From Bacteroidales bacterium (GTDB lineage: Bacteria; Bacteroidota; Bacteroidia; Bacteroidales; FEN-979), in assembly GCA_025355465.1 (NCBI GenBank), contig JANXZO010000075.1:51564-115563 (forward strand): 64,000 bases of DNA, given 5' to 3'. Of the stretch, positions 54,333-62,705 are shown one piece after another. A program made the position numbers and the translations under genes. Each line of letters starts with the position of its first letter. The first letter of the stretch is position 1. The notes beneath the pieces are model-generated. The model had not been told where the DNA came from and searched no databases. It was given only the letters and a program-made list of their open reading frames with translations.

Positions 54333-55448
54333 ATGGATCTGAACCTGCTCCTAAAAATCATTCTCTCACTGGGTGTAGCCTTTGCGATAACGGCCATGCT
54401 TGTGCCTGTGGTGGTGAGTATTGTGAAGGAGAAGGGGGTGGTTGCCCACGAGAATGGCCGCACCTCTCACACCGGCACGATCCCCACCATGGGTGGGATT
54501 GCCATCTTTGCCGGCTTCCTGATCTCGGTTCTGGTATTCTCGGGTTCCGGGTTCCGCGACGACTTCCGCTATGTGATTGCCGGGGCGGTATTTATGCTGA
54601 TGGTGGGAATGAAGGACGATATCCAGGGAATTACCCCATGGATGAAGTTTGCAGGACAGATTATTGCAGCCTTGATCATCATTATACCGGGAGATATCCG
54701 GTTTACAAGCCTGCAGGGGTTCCTGGGGATTGAGGAGATCAGTTATTTCTGGAGTGTGGTGATCTCTTTGGTTACCATTGTCGGGTTGACCAACTGTTTT
54801 AACCTGATCGATGGCATTGATGGACTTGCCTCCGGAATAGGCACCCTGGTATCAGTTACCTTAGGGATTTGGTTTGGATTGGCAGGTCAATTTGGGTTGA
54901 TGTTTATTTGCCTGGCCCTTGTTGGATCGCTGATTGCTTTTTCAATCTACAACATCTGGGGGAAGGAGAACAAAATATTTATGGGGGATACCGGTTCGCT
55001 TGTGCTGGGCTTTATCCTCGCAGCCCTGGTTATCGAATTCAATGAATTAAACGTGGGGGTGCAGACTTCGGTGGATCTCATCTCGGCTCCCGCCATCAGC
55101 GTAGGGATCCTGATCGTGCCGGTTTTCGACACGCTGCGGGTCTTTATGCTGAGGATGTACCGGCTGAAACATCCCTTCAGCCCCGACAAAACCCATGCAC
55201 ACCACAACCTCATCTCCCTCGGGGCTTCTCACCCGCGGGCAACACTATCCCTTATTTTCCTGAACTTCCTGTTCATCGGTATCTCCTTCCTCCTCAACGG
55301 ACTGGGAAACACCTTCGTGCTCCTGATCGTGATGCTGCTTGCGCTGGTGGCCTTCTACCTGCCGGTATTTGTATTGCGGTTTAAGAACAGCGAGGGGAAC
55401 TCTTTTCGCAACTGGGTTGCGAAGGTTTCAATGAATCTTTTTGTTTAA
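54333..55448 (+). CDS. MraY/WecA-family transferase (paralog B)
   Basis: ATG at 54333 (the listed first M is a TTG). Motifs MKDDIQG, NCFNLIDGIDGLA, MGDTGSLVLGF, VPVFDTLRV, PDKTHAHH. Divergent from paralog A across a 231-bp spacer. Confidence 0.88.
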   Translation: MDLNLLLKIILSLGVAFAITAMLVPVVVSIVKEKGVVAHENGRTSHTGTIPTMGGIAIFAGFLISVLVFSGSGFRDDFRYVIAGAVFMLMVGMKDDIQGITPWMKFAGQIIAALIIIIPGDIRFTSLQGFLGIEEISYFWSVVISLVTIVGLTNCFNLIDGIDGLASGIGTLVSVTLGIWFGLAGQFGLMFICLALVGSLIAFSIYNIWGKENKIFMGDTGSLVLGFILAALVIEFNELNVGVQTSVDLISAPAISVGILIVPVFDTLRVFMLRMYRLKHPFSPDKTHAHHNLISLGASHPRATLSLIFLNFLFIGISFLLNGLGNTFVLLIVMLLALVAFYLPVFVLRFKNSEGNSFRNWVAKVSMNLFV

Positions 55449-55537
55449 TTGATCCCTTTTCACTAGCCCTCAAGCCGGGCGGGCCGTATCTTGTTCATTT
55501 CTTTGATCGCCCAAAGAAACGAGCGCTAGAAATGCGG

Positions 55538-55691
55538 ACTGGGTTTTTCGACGACCCACCATCGACTCGATTCCTAAGCCAGTCTAGCCGTTCGGCTATA
55601 ATCATATGGTTTCTTATCAACCTTAACCCAGCCTCACTTCTCCGCCTGGCTTTTGCGGAATCTTCGCCGGGTGGGTACCCCGTCGTAAAAC
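55538..55691. mobile_element. MITE-like ~154-bp hairpin element, copy B
   Basis: The ends actGGGTTTTTCGACGAcccac ... gtgggtaCCCCGTCGTAAAAC are inverted repeats. Internal arms gattcctaagccag / cctggcttttgcggaatc also pair. Flanked on the left by the same hairpin-containing arm found at 44355-44402. Confidence 0.6.
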
Positions 55692-55804
55692 CCTAACCCG
55701 ACTTGCATCCCCAGCTTCGGAATTTAGCCTGTGCCGGGTGGTTCAGTTTTTCGATCCACCTTTTCGGGTAACACAGATTTTTTAACAAACGGGTAGTTTT
55801 TGTA

Positions 55805-56687
55805 TCAACCTTTTTCCCATTGATGAAATGGTTGTGCAGTGATGGTTTTATGATCGATGGTGAAGGTATCCGACTGATCATGCGTTATAAGGCATGCGTT
55901 TTGAACCCCGAAATAATTCATGGCCTCCAATATTCCGTCTATTTCCCTGTCCATATTGTTCTGGTCTAATTGCCAGCATACCTGATAAAGGCCCTTCAAT
56001 TTTCCATTTTGAAATGCGACGAAATCACATTCTTTTTTATCCGAGAAGTAGAAAATCTCAGGTGTTTGCCGTCGCAGATTCAGATAGACCATATTCTCGA
56101 GGAGCCTGCCTTTATCCTCACTAAAAGAAACCGAATTAACATCAATGAAACCGTTATCAATACAGTAAACTTTTTTAGCATTTACAACCTGTATCTTATG
56201 AGAATAGCTGAATTTAGGAACAAAAAAGAAAAAGCAGGCATCGACAAAATAGGAGAGATAGTCCATCATACAGGAGGAAGAGCCAATCTGAAATATTTTT
56301 CTCAGACTGTTACCAGTAATGGGTTTTCCGGTATTTGACACAAGCCATACTGCAAGTTGTTGCAAAACATGGTTGTTTTTTAAATTGTACCGTATTACAA
56401 TATCACGAATGACAATATCATTGAAAGCCTGCATCAGTACCTCAGGCAATCCTGTTTTCAAATATTCAGGAAAGCCTCCCGTTTTCATGTATTTCTCTGA
56501 TGAACTGGCATCCCGGCCCTGGTTTGTAAAAGCAAGATATTCGGTATATGAGAAAGGGAATAATTCTCAATGCATGTGATGTCAGGTCGGCGAAACCTTC
56601 GACAGATCGTGGTAACCCCGAATCCATTTGGGTTAAGCGTTCTTTCTGGGAACCAATTACCTGCTCAATGAATAATTTCGATAACAC
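55805..56687 (-). pseudogene. DUF4143-type ATPase with its P-loop domain deleted
   Basis: The N-terminal ~35 aa (MLSKLFIEQVIGSQKERL...) join, in another frame, to ELFPFSYTEYLAF..KYMKTGGFPEYL and an intact C-terminal region. Compare VNPLTFSEYLAF..FLKTGGIPAHVL in the 44612 paralog. No Walker A or B motif remains. Confidence 0.65.
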
Positions 56688-56757
56688 AACTGCAAAGTTT
56701 TCGTTCGTAAAGTTAACTATTATTCGCTCACAGGAAAAACTTTTATTTATGAAAAAT

Positions 56758-56829
56758 TGATGAGGTGATGAGGTGATGAGGTGATAGTGTGATGAAGTGA
56801 GGGAGTGATGCGGTGATGGAGTAATGCGG
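56758..56829. repeat. 9 x 8-bp tandem array (tgatgagg family)
   Basis: tgatgagg x3, tgatagtg, tgatgaag, tgagggag, tgatgcgg, tgatggag, taatgcgg. All units are in one register. Confidence 0.9.
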
Positions 56830-56852
56830 TCAGTATGCTTTTACAGTAGCGG

Positions 56853-57290
56853 TTATAACATGCCGTGTGTTCTCAGTATTTCGGCAAGATCGGGGTGTTT
56901 CTTTGAGTATTCCCGAAGCAATGTCAAAAGAGTGCGGCTGTTTTCGTCGGCCTTCGCTGCTTGTTCCAAAGCTGGTTTCATAGCGGTACGGCGATCCCAG
57001 ATCATGTACCCCAGCATAAAGAGGAACAGGGTGATTAAAATGCCAAATCCCCAGAAAAAAAGTGTCTTAATGTCATCCAACTGTCTTTGCTGACTTTCAA
57101 ACTTGAATTCCATTTTGGCTTCGAGCGCATTTATTTTGGCTTCGAGTGCACCTATTTTGGCTTCGGTAAGAATGGCACGGTCACGGTCGGCCAAGGTATA
57201 TGGCACTGCCAATTGCTGCTCCTGCGCTGATACCGTGAGGTTAAGTATTGTTAGAAAAAGCAGACTGATATAAACAAGCGCTTTCATCAT
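56853..57290 (-). CDS. Hypothetical membrane protein with a coiled-coil ectodomain
   Basis: Signal peptide, heptad-like EAKIGALEAKINALEAKM, one TM helix (FFWGFGILITLFLFMLGYMIW). 145 aa. Confidence 0.45.
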   Translation of the reverse strand: MMKALVYISLLFLTILNLTVSAQEQQLAVPYTLADRDRAILTEAKIGALEAKINALEAKMEFKFESQQRQLDDIKTLFFWGFGILITLFLFMLGYMIWDRRTAMKPALEQAAKADENSRTLLTLLREYSKKHPDLAEILRTHGML

Positions 57291-57309
57291 ACTTGAATTT
57301 GAAGCGAAG

Positions 57310-57935
57310 TTACAAAATTAATGTAACGTATCCATTCGACCACGAGCTTCTTTTTTGATAACAAGGTGATGGGGTGATCCAGAATACGCGTAAGGTGTCG
57401 AATACCGGGATGGCCAGGATTCCGATAGCCACGGCAGGTGCCGCTCTCAGGGTCATGACTGTTTTGCCCGGGATGGCCGATTCACAAAACTTTATCGTAA
57501 AAAAAGCCAGGATAAATCCAAGGACCAATGCACCGGTGTCGCAGTGGCAATGATCACGAGTTCCAGCTGTCCGGTAAACCAAAACCATAATCCAAAAGTA
57601 AATGTTGCGATTCCGGTAATACCGGCAGCCAGTCCGTCAATCCCGTCGATCAGGTTGATTTCATGGAATCCCAGAAAACCGTGGATATCGGTGATCCGTA
57701 AGTTTCCGAAAAAAATAAGCAGATCAAAAGCAATCAGTTCACCAATAAATTTTTGGGTGGCCGTGAGAATAAGCAAATCATCTTTTACTCCCATAATGAA
57801 TATAATGATCACCGCTACCATGAAAAATTTCAATTCAGGCAGATATGATCCATGCAGGAAAAACAGTGAACTCAATCCCATGGCGGTGAAAATGGCAATA
57901 CCTCCAAGAGTGGGTATGGCTCCGTCATGTGAATC
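57310..57935 (-). pseudogene. MraY/WecA-family remnant (A'), truncated at both ends and frameshifted
   Basis: Begins at ..RDSHDGAIPTLGGIAIF, so ~45 N-terminal codons are missing. Contains VKDDLL and NLIDGIDGLA with an internal deletion. A frameshift near 57590 precedes DTGALVLGF..IPVFDTLRVF, and the sequence decays after that. Confidence 0.7.
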
Positions 57936-59049
57936 CCGGCCGAACCTGCTCCTTAAAATCATTCTCTCACTGGGTGTAGCCTTTGCGATAACGGCCATGC
58001 TTGTACCGGTGGTGGTGAGTATTGTAAAGGAAAAAGGGGTGGTTGCACATGAAAATGGCCGCACCTCTCACACCGGCAGTATCCCCACCATGGGGGGGGA
58101 TCGCCATATTTGCCGGCTTCCTGATCTCGGCCTGGTCTTTTCGGGCTCCGGATTCCGCGACGACTTCCGCTATGTGATTGCCGGTGCAGTATTTATGCTA
58201 ATGGTGGGGATGAAGGATGACATTCAGGGAATTACCCCCTGGATGAAGCTTGCAGGTCAGATTATTGCAGCCCTGATAATCATTGTGCCGGGAGATATCC
58301 GTTTTACCAGCCTGCAGGGGTTTTTGGGGATTGAAGAGATCAGTTATTTCTGGAGCGTGGTAATCTCATTGGTTACCATTGTCGGGTTGACGAACTGCTT
58401 TAACCTGATTGATGGCATTGATGGACTTGCCTCAGGAATAGGCACCCTGGTCTCAATTACCTTAGGGATCTGGTTTGGATTGGCGGGTCAATATGGACTG
58501 ATGTTTATTTGCCTTGCCCTTGTTGGATCCCTGATTGCCTTTTCAATCTACAACATCTGGGGCAAGGAGAACAAGATATTTATGGGCGATACCGGTTCGC
58601 TTGTGCTTGGTTTTATCCTCGCAGCCCTGGTTATCGAATTCAATGAGTTGAATGTGGGGGTGCAGACTTCAGTTGATCTCATTTCAACCCCGGCTATAAG
58701 TATCGGGATTATGATCGTACCCGTATTTGATACACTCCGGGTATTTATTCTCAGAATGTGGCGAAGAAAACACCCTTTTTCTCCAGACAAGACCCATACG
58801 CATCACAATCTGATTAACTTGGGGGCATCTCATCACAAGGCCACGTTATCGCTGATGTTTCTTAATGGTATTTTCATTGCTATTTCATTTGCATTAAACT
58901 CTCTGGGTGCTACGATTCTCTTAACCCTTATCATGGCTTTAGCATTACTGGCATTCTATCTCCCGATTTTTGCCTTTCGGTTTAAGGATAAAGATTCTAC
59001 CCGACTTCGCACGAGACTTGCCAGGGTTACTTCGTTGTTTATTGCTTGA
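57916..59049 (+). pseudogene. MraY/WecA-family paralog B' (~90% nt identity to 54333-55448), with a replaced 5' end and a compensated double frameshift
   Basis: Homology to B starts at gaacctgctcc (57942); the native start codon and promoter are gone. The only in-frame ATG (57916) lies inside the antisense of A'. A G8 run at 58092-58099 (+1) and a -1 about 45 nt later convert TM-helix residues IAIFAGFLISVL into DRHICRLPDLGL. The listed 501-aa ORF (57544-59049) is a read-through artefact. Confidence 0.55.
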
Positions 59050-59056
59050 TTTAATT

Positions 59057-59088
59057 GTGACAAAGTCACAGGGTCACAGGGTCACAAG
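59057..59088. repeat. 8-bp tandem array (gtcacagg, the reverse complement of the cctgtgac family)
   Basis: gtgacaaa gtcacagg gtcacagg gtcacaag, starting 8 nt after the stop of B'. Confidence 0.85.
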
Positions 59089-59126
59089 GGAAAAAGATGT
59101 TATTTCCCCGTATTCAACCTAAACCG

Positions 59127-59768
59127 CTATAAGGCTGTTTTATCAGGTGATTTAATTTTGGAGAAGACTTCAATCCAAAGGATAAATAGCAGGAATATAA
59201 CAATGTAGATGAAAAAATTGAAGAGGTCGTGGTGATCGTATTTTCTTATTCCTAAAATGGATATGGTTTTGTTTGCAAAGTTGGTTCCATCTCTGCTTAG
59301 CCAAGTCAGGTAGGCCATTCTTGAAACATTCAAGGCAAATATTAGTATTAGCCCTAGTAGCACGTAGGGGATCTTAATTTGAATCTTTCCTGGCCATGCC
59401 ATTATAAGGGCTGTATATACTAACATGACTCCTAAACCCAGGCAAGAGAATCCAAGAAAGACCTTAACCCCAGTGCCAACTTGTAAAGCGAATACCCCGT
59501 AATGATAAATATTGGTTTCGAAGGTAAGGTTGGCAATATACCCAAGTTGACCCAATAATGCCTGGGCGGAAATCATCATTATTTTACCTAGGTGATAAAC
59601 CGGGAATGAGATGCTCAAGGCGGACTGAACGAAAGGATTACTTCGAAATATACTAAGAAGTAACAAGGCAGGAAGGGTAAGAATTCCAAGATTAAGTGCA
59701 AATTTTATAAAGGGATGATACTTAGGATTAACCTTGGATAAGACCATTTTGTATGGGAGGATATTCAT
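59127..59768 (-). CDS. Exosortase/archaeosortase-family membrane protein (XrtF-like)
   Basis: 213 aa, polytopic. Cys, Arg and His candidates occur in the exosortase order (GFSCLGLG, ALNVSRMAY, YDHHDLF). The locus also has a DUF3473-type deacetylase. Assignment from memory of the family, not verified. Confidence 0.5.
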   Translation of the reverse strand: MNILPYKMVLSKVNPKYHPFIKFALNLGILTLPALLLLSIFRSNPFVQSALSISFPVYHLGKIMMISAQALLGQLGYIANLTFETNIYHYGVFALQVGTGVKVFLGFSCLGLGVMLVYTALIMAWPGKIQIKIPYVLLGLILIFALNVSRMAYLTWLSRDGTNFANKTISILGIRKYDHHDLFNFFIYIVIFLLFILWIEVFSKIKSPDKTAL

Positions 59769-59812
59769 TTTGAGTTATGCAGAGTAATACGTGAGTTCTT
59801 ATTAAATTTTAA

Positions 59813-60472
59813 CTAAACATCAATTAAATCAGGCCGTTGGGGAAGGTTCTTTAAATACCTGTTAATATTAATCGAAGGCCAGCCAATAATAACAGCAGTT
59901 AAGGCCATAAGTTTAAAATCAAGCCAAATACTTTTATTATTAAGATACCAACTTTCGAGGTCTCCTTTGTATGGAGAAATATTTAATCTGTAAAAGTTTT
60001 CAGCAGTAGTTTTATAATTACCCAACAGGGCTTCTTCATCCCTAAATACAATAGAACCAATACCAGTAATACCTGGCTTTAGTTTTGTAATGTTTCGTTT
60101 TGATTCCTCTGGATAGAAACTAAAGTTACGTGGGGTTAATGGTCTTGGCCCGATGAGACTCATGTCACCCTTAATTACGTTAATAATTTGTGGCAGTTCA
60201 TTTATTTTGGTTCTTCTTAAAAATTTACCAAATGGGAAAACCCTTGGATCGTTCTTTACAGTTATATCTTTGGTCCCCAGGTTAGGGCTATTTTTTAACA
60301 TGGTTGAAAATTTCATCAGCATAAATGGCTTTCCTCCATATCCAATTCTTTCGTGGGTGTAGAATACATAATGTTCTCCTGTTAGTAAAAGTATTATGGT
60401 AATCGGAATAAGGAGTGGAGATAGAAGTAACAATGCGATGATGGAAAAAAGCAAATCGATGATTCTCTTCAT
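59813..60472 (-). CDS. Bacterial sugar transferase (polyprenyl-phosphate hexose-1-phosphate transferase, WbaP/PglC-like)
   Basis: N-terminal TM helix, then KPFMLMKFSTM and DPRVFPFGKFLRRTKINELPQIINVIKGDMSLIGPRP. Confidence 0.88.
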   Translation of the reverse strand: MKRIIDLLFSIIALLLLSPLLIPITIILLLTGEHYVFYTHERIGYGGKPFMLMKFSTMLKNSPNLGTKDITVKNDPRVFPFGKFLRRTKINELPQIINVIKGDMSLIGPRPLTPRNFSFYPEESKRNITKLKPGITGIGSIVFRDEEALLGNYKTTAENFYRLNISPYKGDLESWYLNNKSIWLDFKLMALTAVIIGWPSININRYLKNLPQRPDLIDV

Positions 60473-60532
60473 ATTTATGATTCTGGTTTAAAAGTTTTTT
60501 GCTTTCATTGAATTAATTGGAAGCGTTTTCAA

Positions 60533-61753
60533 TCACATTTGTTGATCAAGACTTTTTCCTTTTTCAATGTGCTCGAAGTTGGGAAGATAGATTTTTAAGA
60601 TTTCTACCACGTCACTTTTCTTTACTTCCATGTTGTTGAATAGTTGCCGGAGGCTAGCGAAGATTTGATCAATTTCCTCAATACTCCTGTTCTTCGATTT
60701 TTTTACCACCCCCAAATTAATAAACGAATCATTATCAAGCTCCTCACTTTCGGTATAGAACTCTTCATAAGATTTCTCACCGGAAGTGGCAGATCCAAAG
60801 AAATATACAGGATAAGATGTCGATGATTCGGTTAGATGGAAGGCTTTTTCCTTTGCCTCTTCCTCAGTTTGGCAGATATCGGGTTCAAGTCCAACGGTGT
60901 TGAGCAGATCAACAACAATTTTATCAAACGGAATCATGTCGTTCTCTTCATCTAACTTGGGAAAAAAGATATCTCCCGATTCTCCCATAATAGAGGCTAT
61001 AAGACATAACTCTCCAGCTTCCTGAGGCGAAACAAAAAAGCGTCGAATCCCTTTTGGACATGACCAGGGTTGTTTTTTTTGTAGTCGCTCTAAAAAGCCT
61101 AGTGGAAGACTACCATTGGAAAAAGCAACATTGGCAAAACGGGCTGTTTTGATAGGGAGCTTATCAGAATAAGCCATTATTAACTCTTCCATCAACTTTT
61201 TACTGGCACCCATTATGTTTACAGGATTGGCTGCTTTATCTGTAGAAACGCAGAAAAAATGTTCCGGTGGCGATTCTAGCAATAAGTCGAGTAATTTTCT
61301 GGCTTGAAGAACATTGTTCTCAATCATCGCTTCAACAGAGTAAATGTCCTTCTCGCTTCGAACATGCTTATGTGCTGCAAAGTTGGCTACAATCTGGAAA
61401 GGTCCATGATGCCGGAATATTTTATTAAAAACAGTATCCCCGAAATTTACCGGATAGGTTATAAACTCCTCTGGAATTTGATACCCTACCGAACTTCGTA
61501 CATCACGAACCAATTCAGTCAGGCCATTCTCGTTGATATCAACAACAACCAGTTTCTTTATCTTATATTTTAGAATAGCTTTAATATAGGAAGAGCCGAT
61601 CGTGCCGGCCCCTCCAATAACTAAAACCGTTTTATCATTGATTCTGGATTGTAGTTGGCTTTCATGTTTCGTGAAATCTTTAGCTAACAGGCTTTCTTGC
61701 CGGCAAGTTATATGATTTCGAATAAAGGAGTCAATATCTAGATTATATTGCAT
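60533..61753 (-). CDS. Polysaccharide biosynthesis protein, CapD/PglF-like NDP-sugar 4,6-dehydratase (soluble form)
   Basis: Rossmann VLVIGGAGTIGSS and family motif VSTDKAANPVNIMGASKKLME. 406 aa. Confidence 0.8.
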   Translation of the reverse strand: MQYNLDIDSFIRNHITCRQESLLAKDFTKHESQLQSRINDKTVLVIGGAGTIGSSYIKAILKYKIKKLVVVDINENGLTELVRDVRSSVGYQIPEEFITYPVNFGDTVFNKIFRHHGPFQIVANFAAHKHVRSEKDIYSVEAMIENNVLQARKLLDLLLESPPEHFFCVSTDKAANPVNIMGASKKLMEELIMAYSDKLPIKTARFANVAFSNGSLPLGFLERLQKKQPWSCPKGIRRFFVSPQEAGELCLIASIMGESGDIFFPKLDEENDMIPFDKIVVDLLNTVGLEPDICQTEEEAKEKAFHLTESSTSYPVYFFGSATSGEKSYEEFYTESEELDNDSFINLGVVKKSKNRSIEEIDQIFASLRQLFNNMEVKKSDVVEILKIYLPNFEHIEKGKSLDQQM

Positions 61754-61759
61754 AAACCA

Positions 61760-62689
61760 TCAATTGTTTTCAAAAGAGTTAAACGTTTTCATTAAACCAT
61801 CCATTGCATTGACTGGCATTTTTTCTATCCCTAAAGCTTGTTTAATTTTATGATTGGAAACAAGATATGACTCTGTTAACTTATTTAATCGCTGGCTGTT
61901 CAAAGGGAGATGTAATAAATCTCCAAGTTGTGCAATGAATCTCATTAAAGTAACTGGAATATTCCTGATCCTTGCTTTCTTATTTTGTGACAATGCCAAT
62001 AATTTTATTATATCATTGGTGGATAGTGCCTCATCATCGGCAACCTGATAAATTCCAGATTCAATTTTCTGATCGAGAAGTTGTTGCACTACAAATATTA
62101 TGTTATCAATTGCGCAAAATGACCGGCTATTAACAAAAGCTCCTAACGGCCAGGGAAGCCCTTTTTGTTGCAATTTAAATAAAAGATTCAGGTTCCCTTT
62201 ATTGCCAGGTCCATGAATCATGCAGGGCCGAAGAATGTAGACTTGTTTATTGGGCGTTGCATGCTGCAAGATATATTTCTCAGCCGCCAGCTTACTTTCG
62301 CCATACGGACCTTTTGGTGAAGGGCTGACCTCCTCTGTCAATACATTTTCCTTTACACTTTCTGCAGCCGCTTTCACAGAGCTAAAAAAGATAAACTTCT
62401 TTGCGGTTGATAGCAAAAACCAGTTAAAAATCCGCTGAGTTAATCCCATATTGATATCAAAGTAATCTTCAGGATTGCCCTGCTTTTTTACATCATGAGC
62501 TTTTCCAGCCAAATGGATAACGGCATCAATTGATGGGACTGCATCCAACTCATTCCAATTGAATGTTTTTTCGATTCCCTTTTTGTGTGTTGTTACAATG
62601 TCCAACCCATAAATGGTATGCTGATCCATTAGTGAATCTACCAGATTATTACCCACAAAACCGTGTACTCCGGTGATAAGTATCTTCAT
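61760..62689 (-). CDS. NAD-dependent epimerase/dehydratase
   Basis: ATG at 62689 (MKILITGVHGFVGNNL) and catalytic YGESK (YxxxK). Confidence 0.85.
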   Translation of the reverse strand: MKILITGVHGFVGNNLVDSLMDQHTIYGLDIVTTHKKGIEKTFNWNELDAVPSIDAVIHLAGKAHDVKKQGNPEDYFDINMGLTQRIFNWFLLSTAKKFIFFSSVKAAAESVKENVLTEEVSPSPKGPYGESKLAAEKYILQHATPNKQVYILRPCMIHGPGNKGNLNLLFKLQQKGLPWPLGAFVNSRSFCAIDNIIFVVQQLLDQKIESGIYQVADDEALSTNDIIKLLALSQNKKARIRNIPVTLMRFIAQLGDLLHLPLNSQRLNKLTESYLVSNHKIKQALGIEKMPVNAMDGLMKTFNSFENN

Positions 62690-62705
62690 GTCAGGTTCAG
62701 ATGTT

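Noticed and set aside
57544-59049. Listed 501-aa ORF, which could be read as one large WecA-like protein.
   Set aside because: Its first ~130 codons are the stop-free antisense of the A' remnant. Real homology to the WecA/MraY family begins at ~57942. It is therefore treated as a chimeric read-through.
44421-59088. The tandem-repeat arrays were considered as possible CRISPR arrays.
   Set aside because: Units are only 7-8 bp, directly abutting with no spacers, and there are no cas genes. They are micro/minisatellite-type arrays, not CRISPR.
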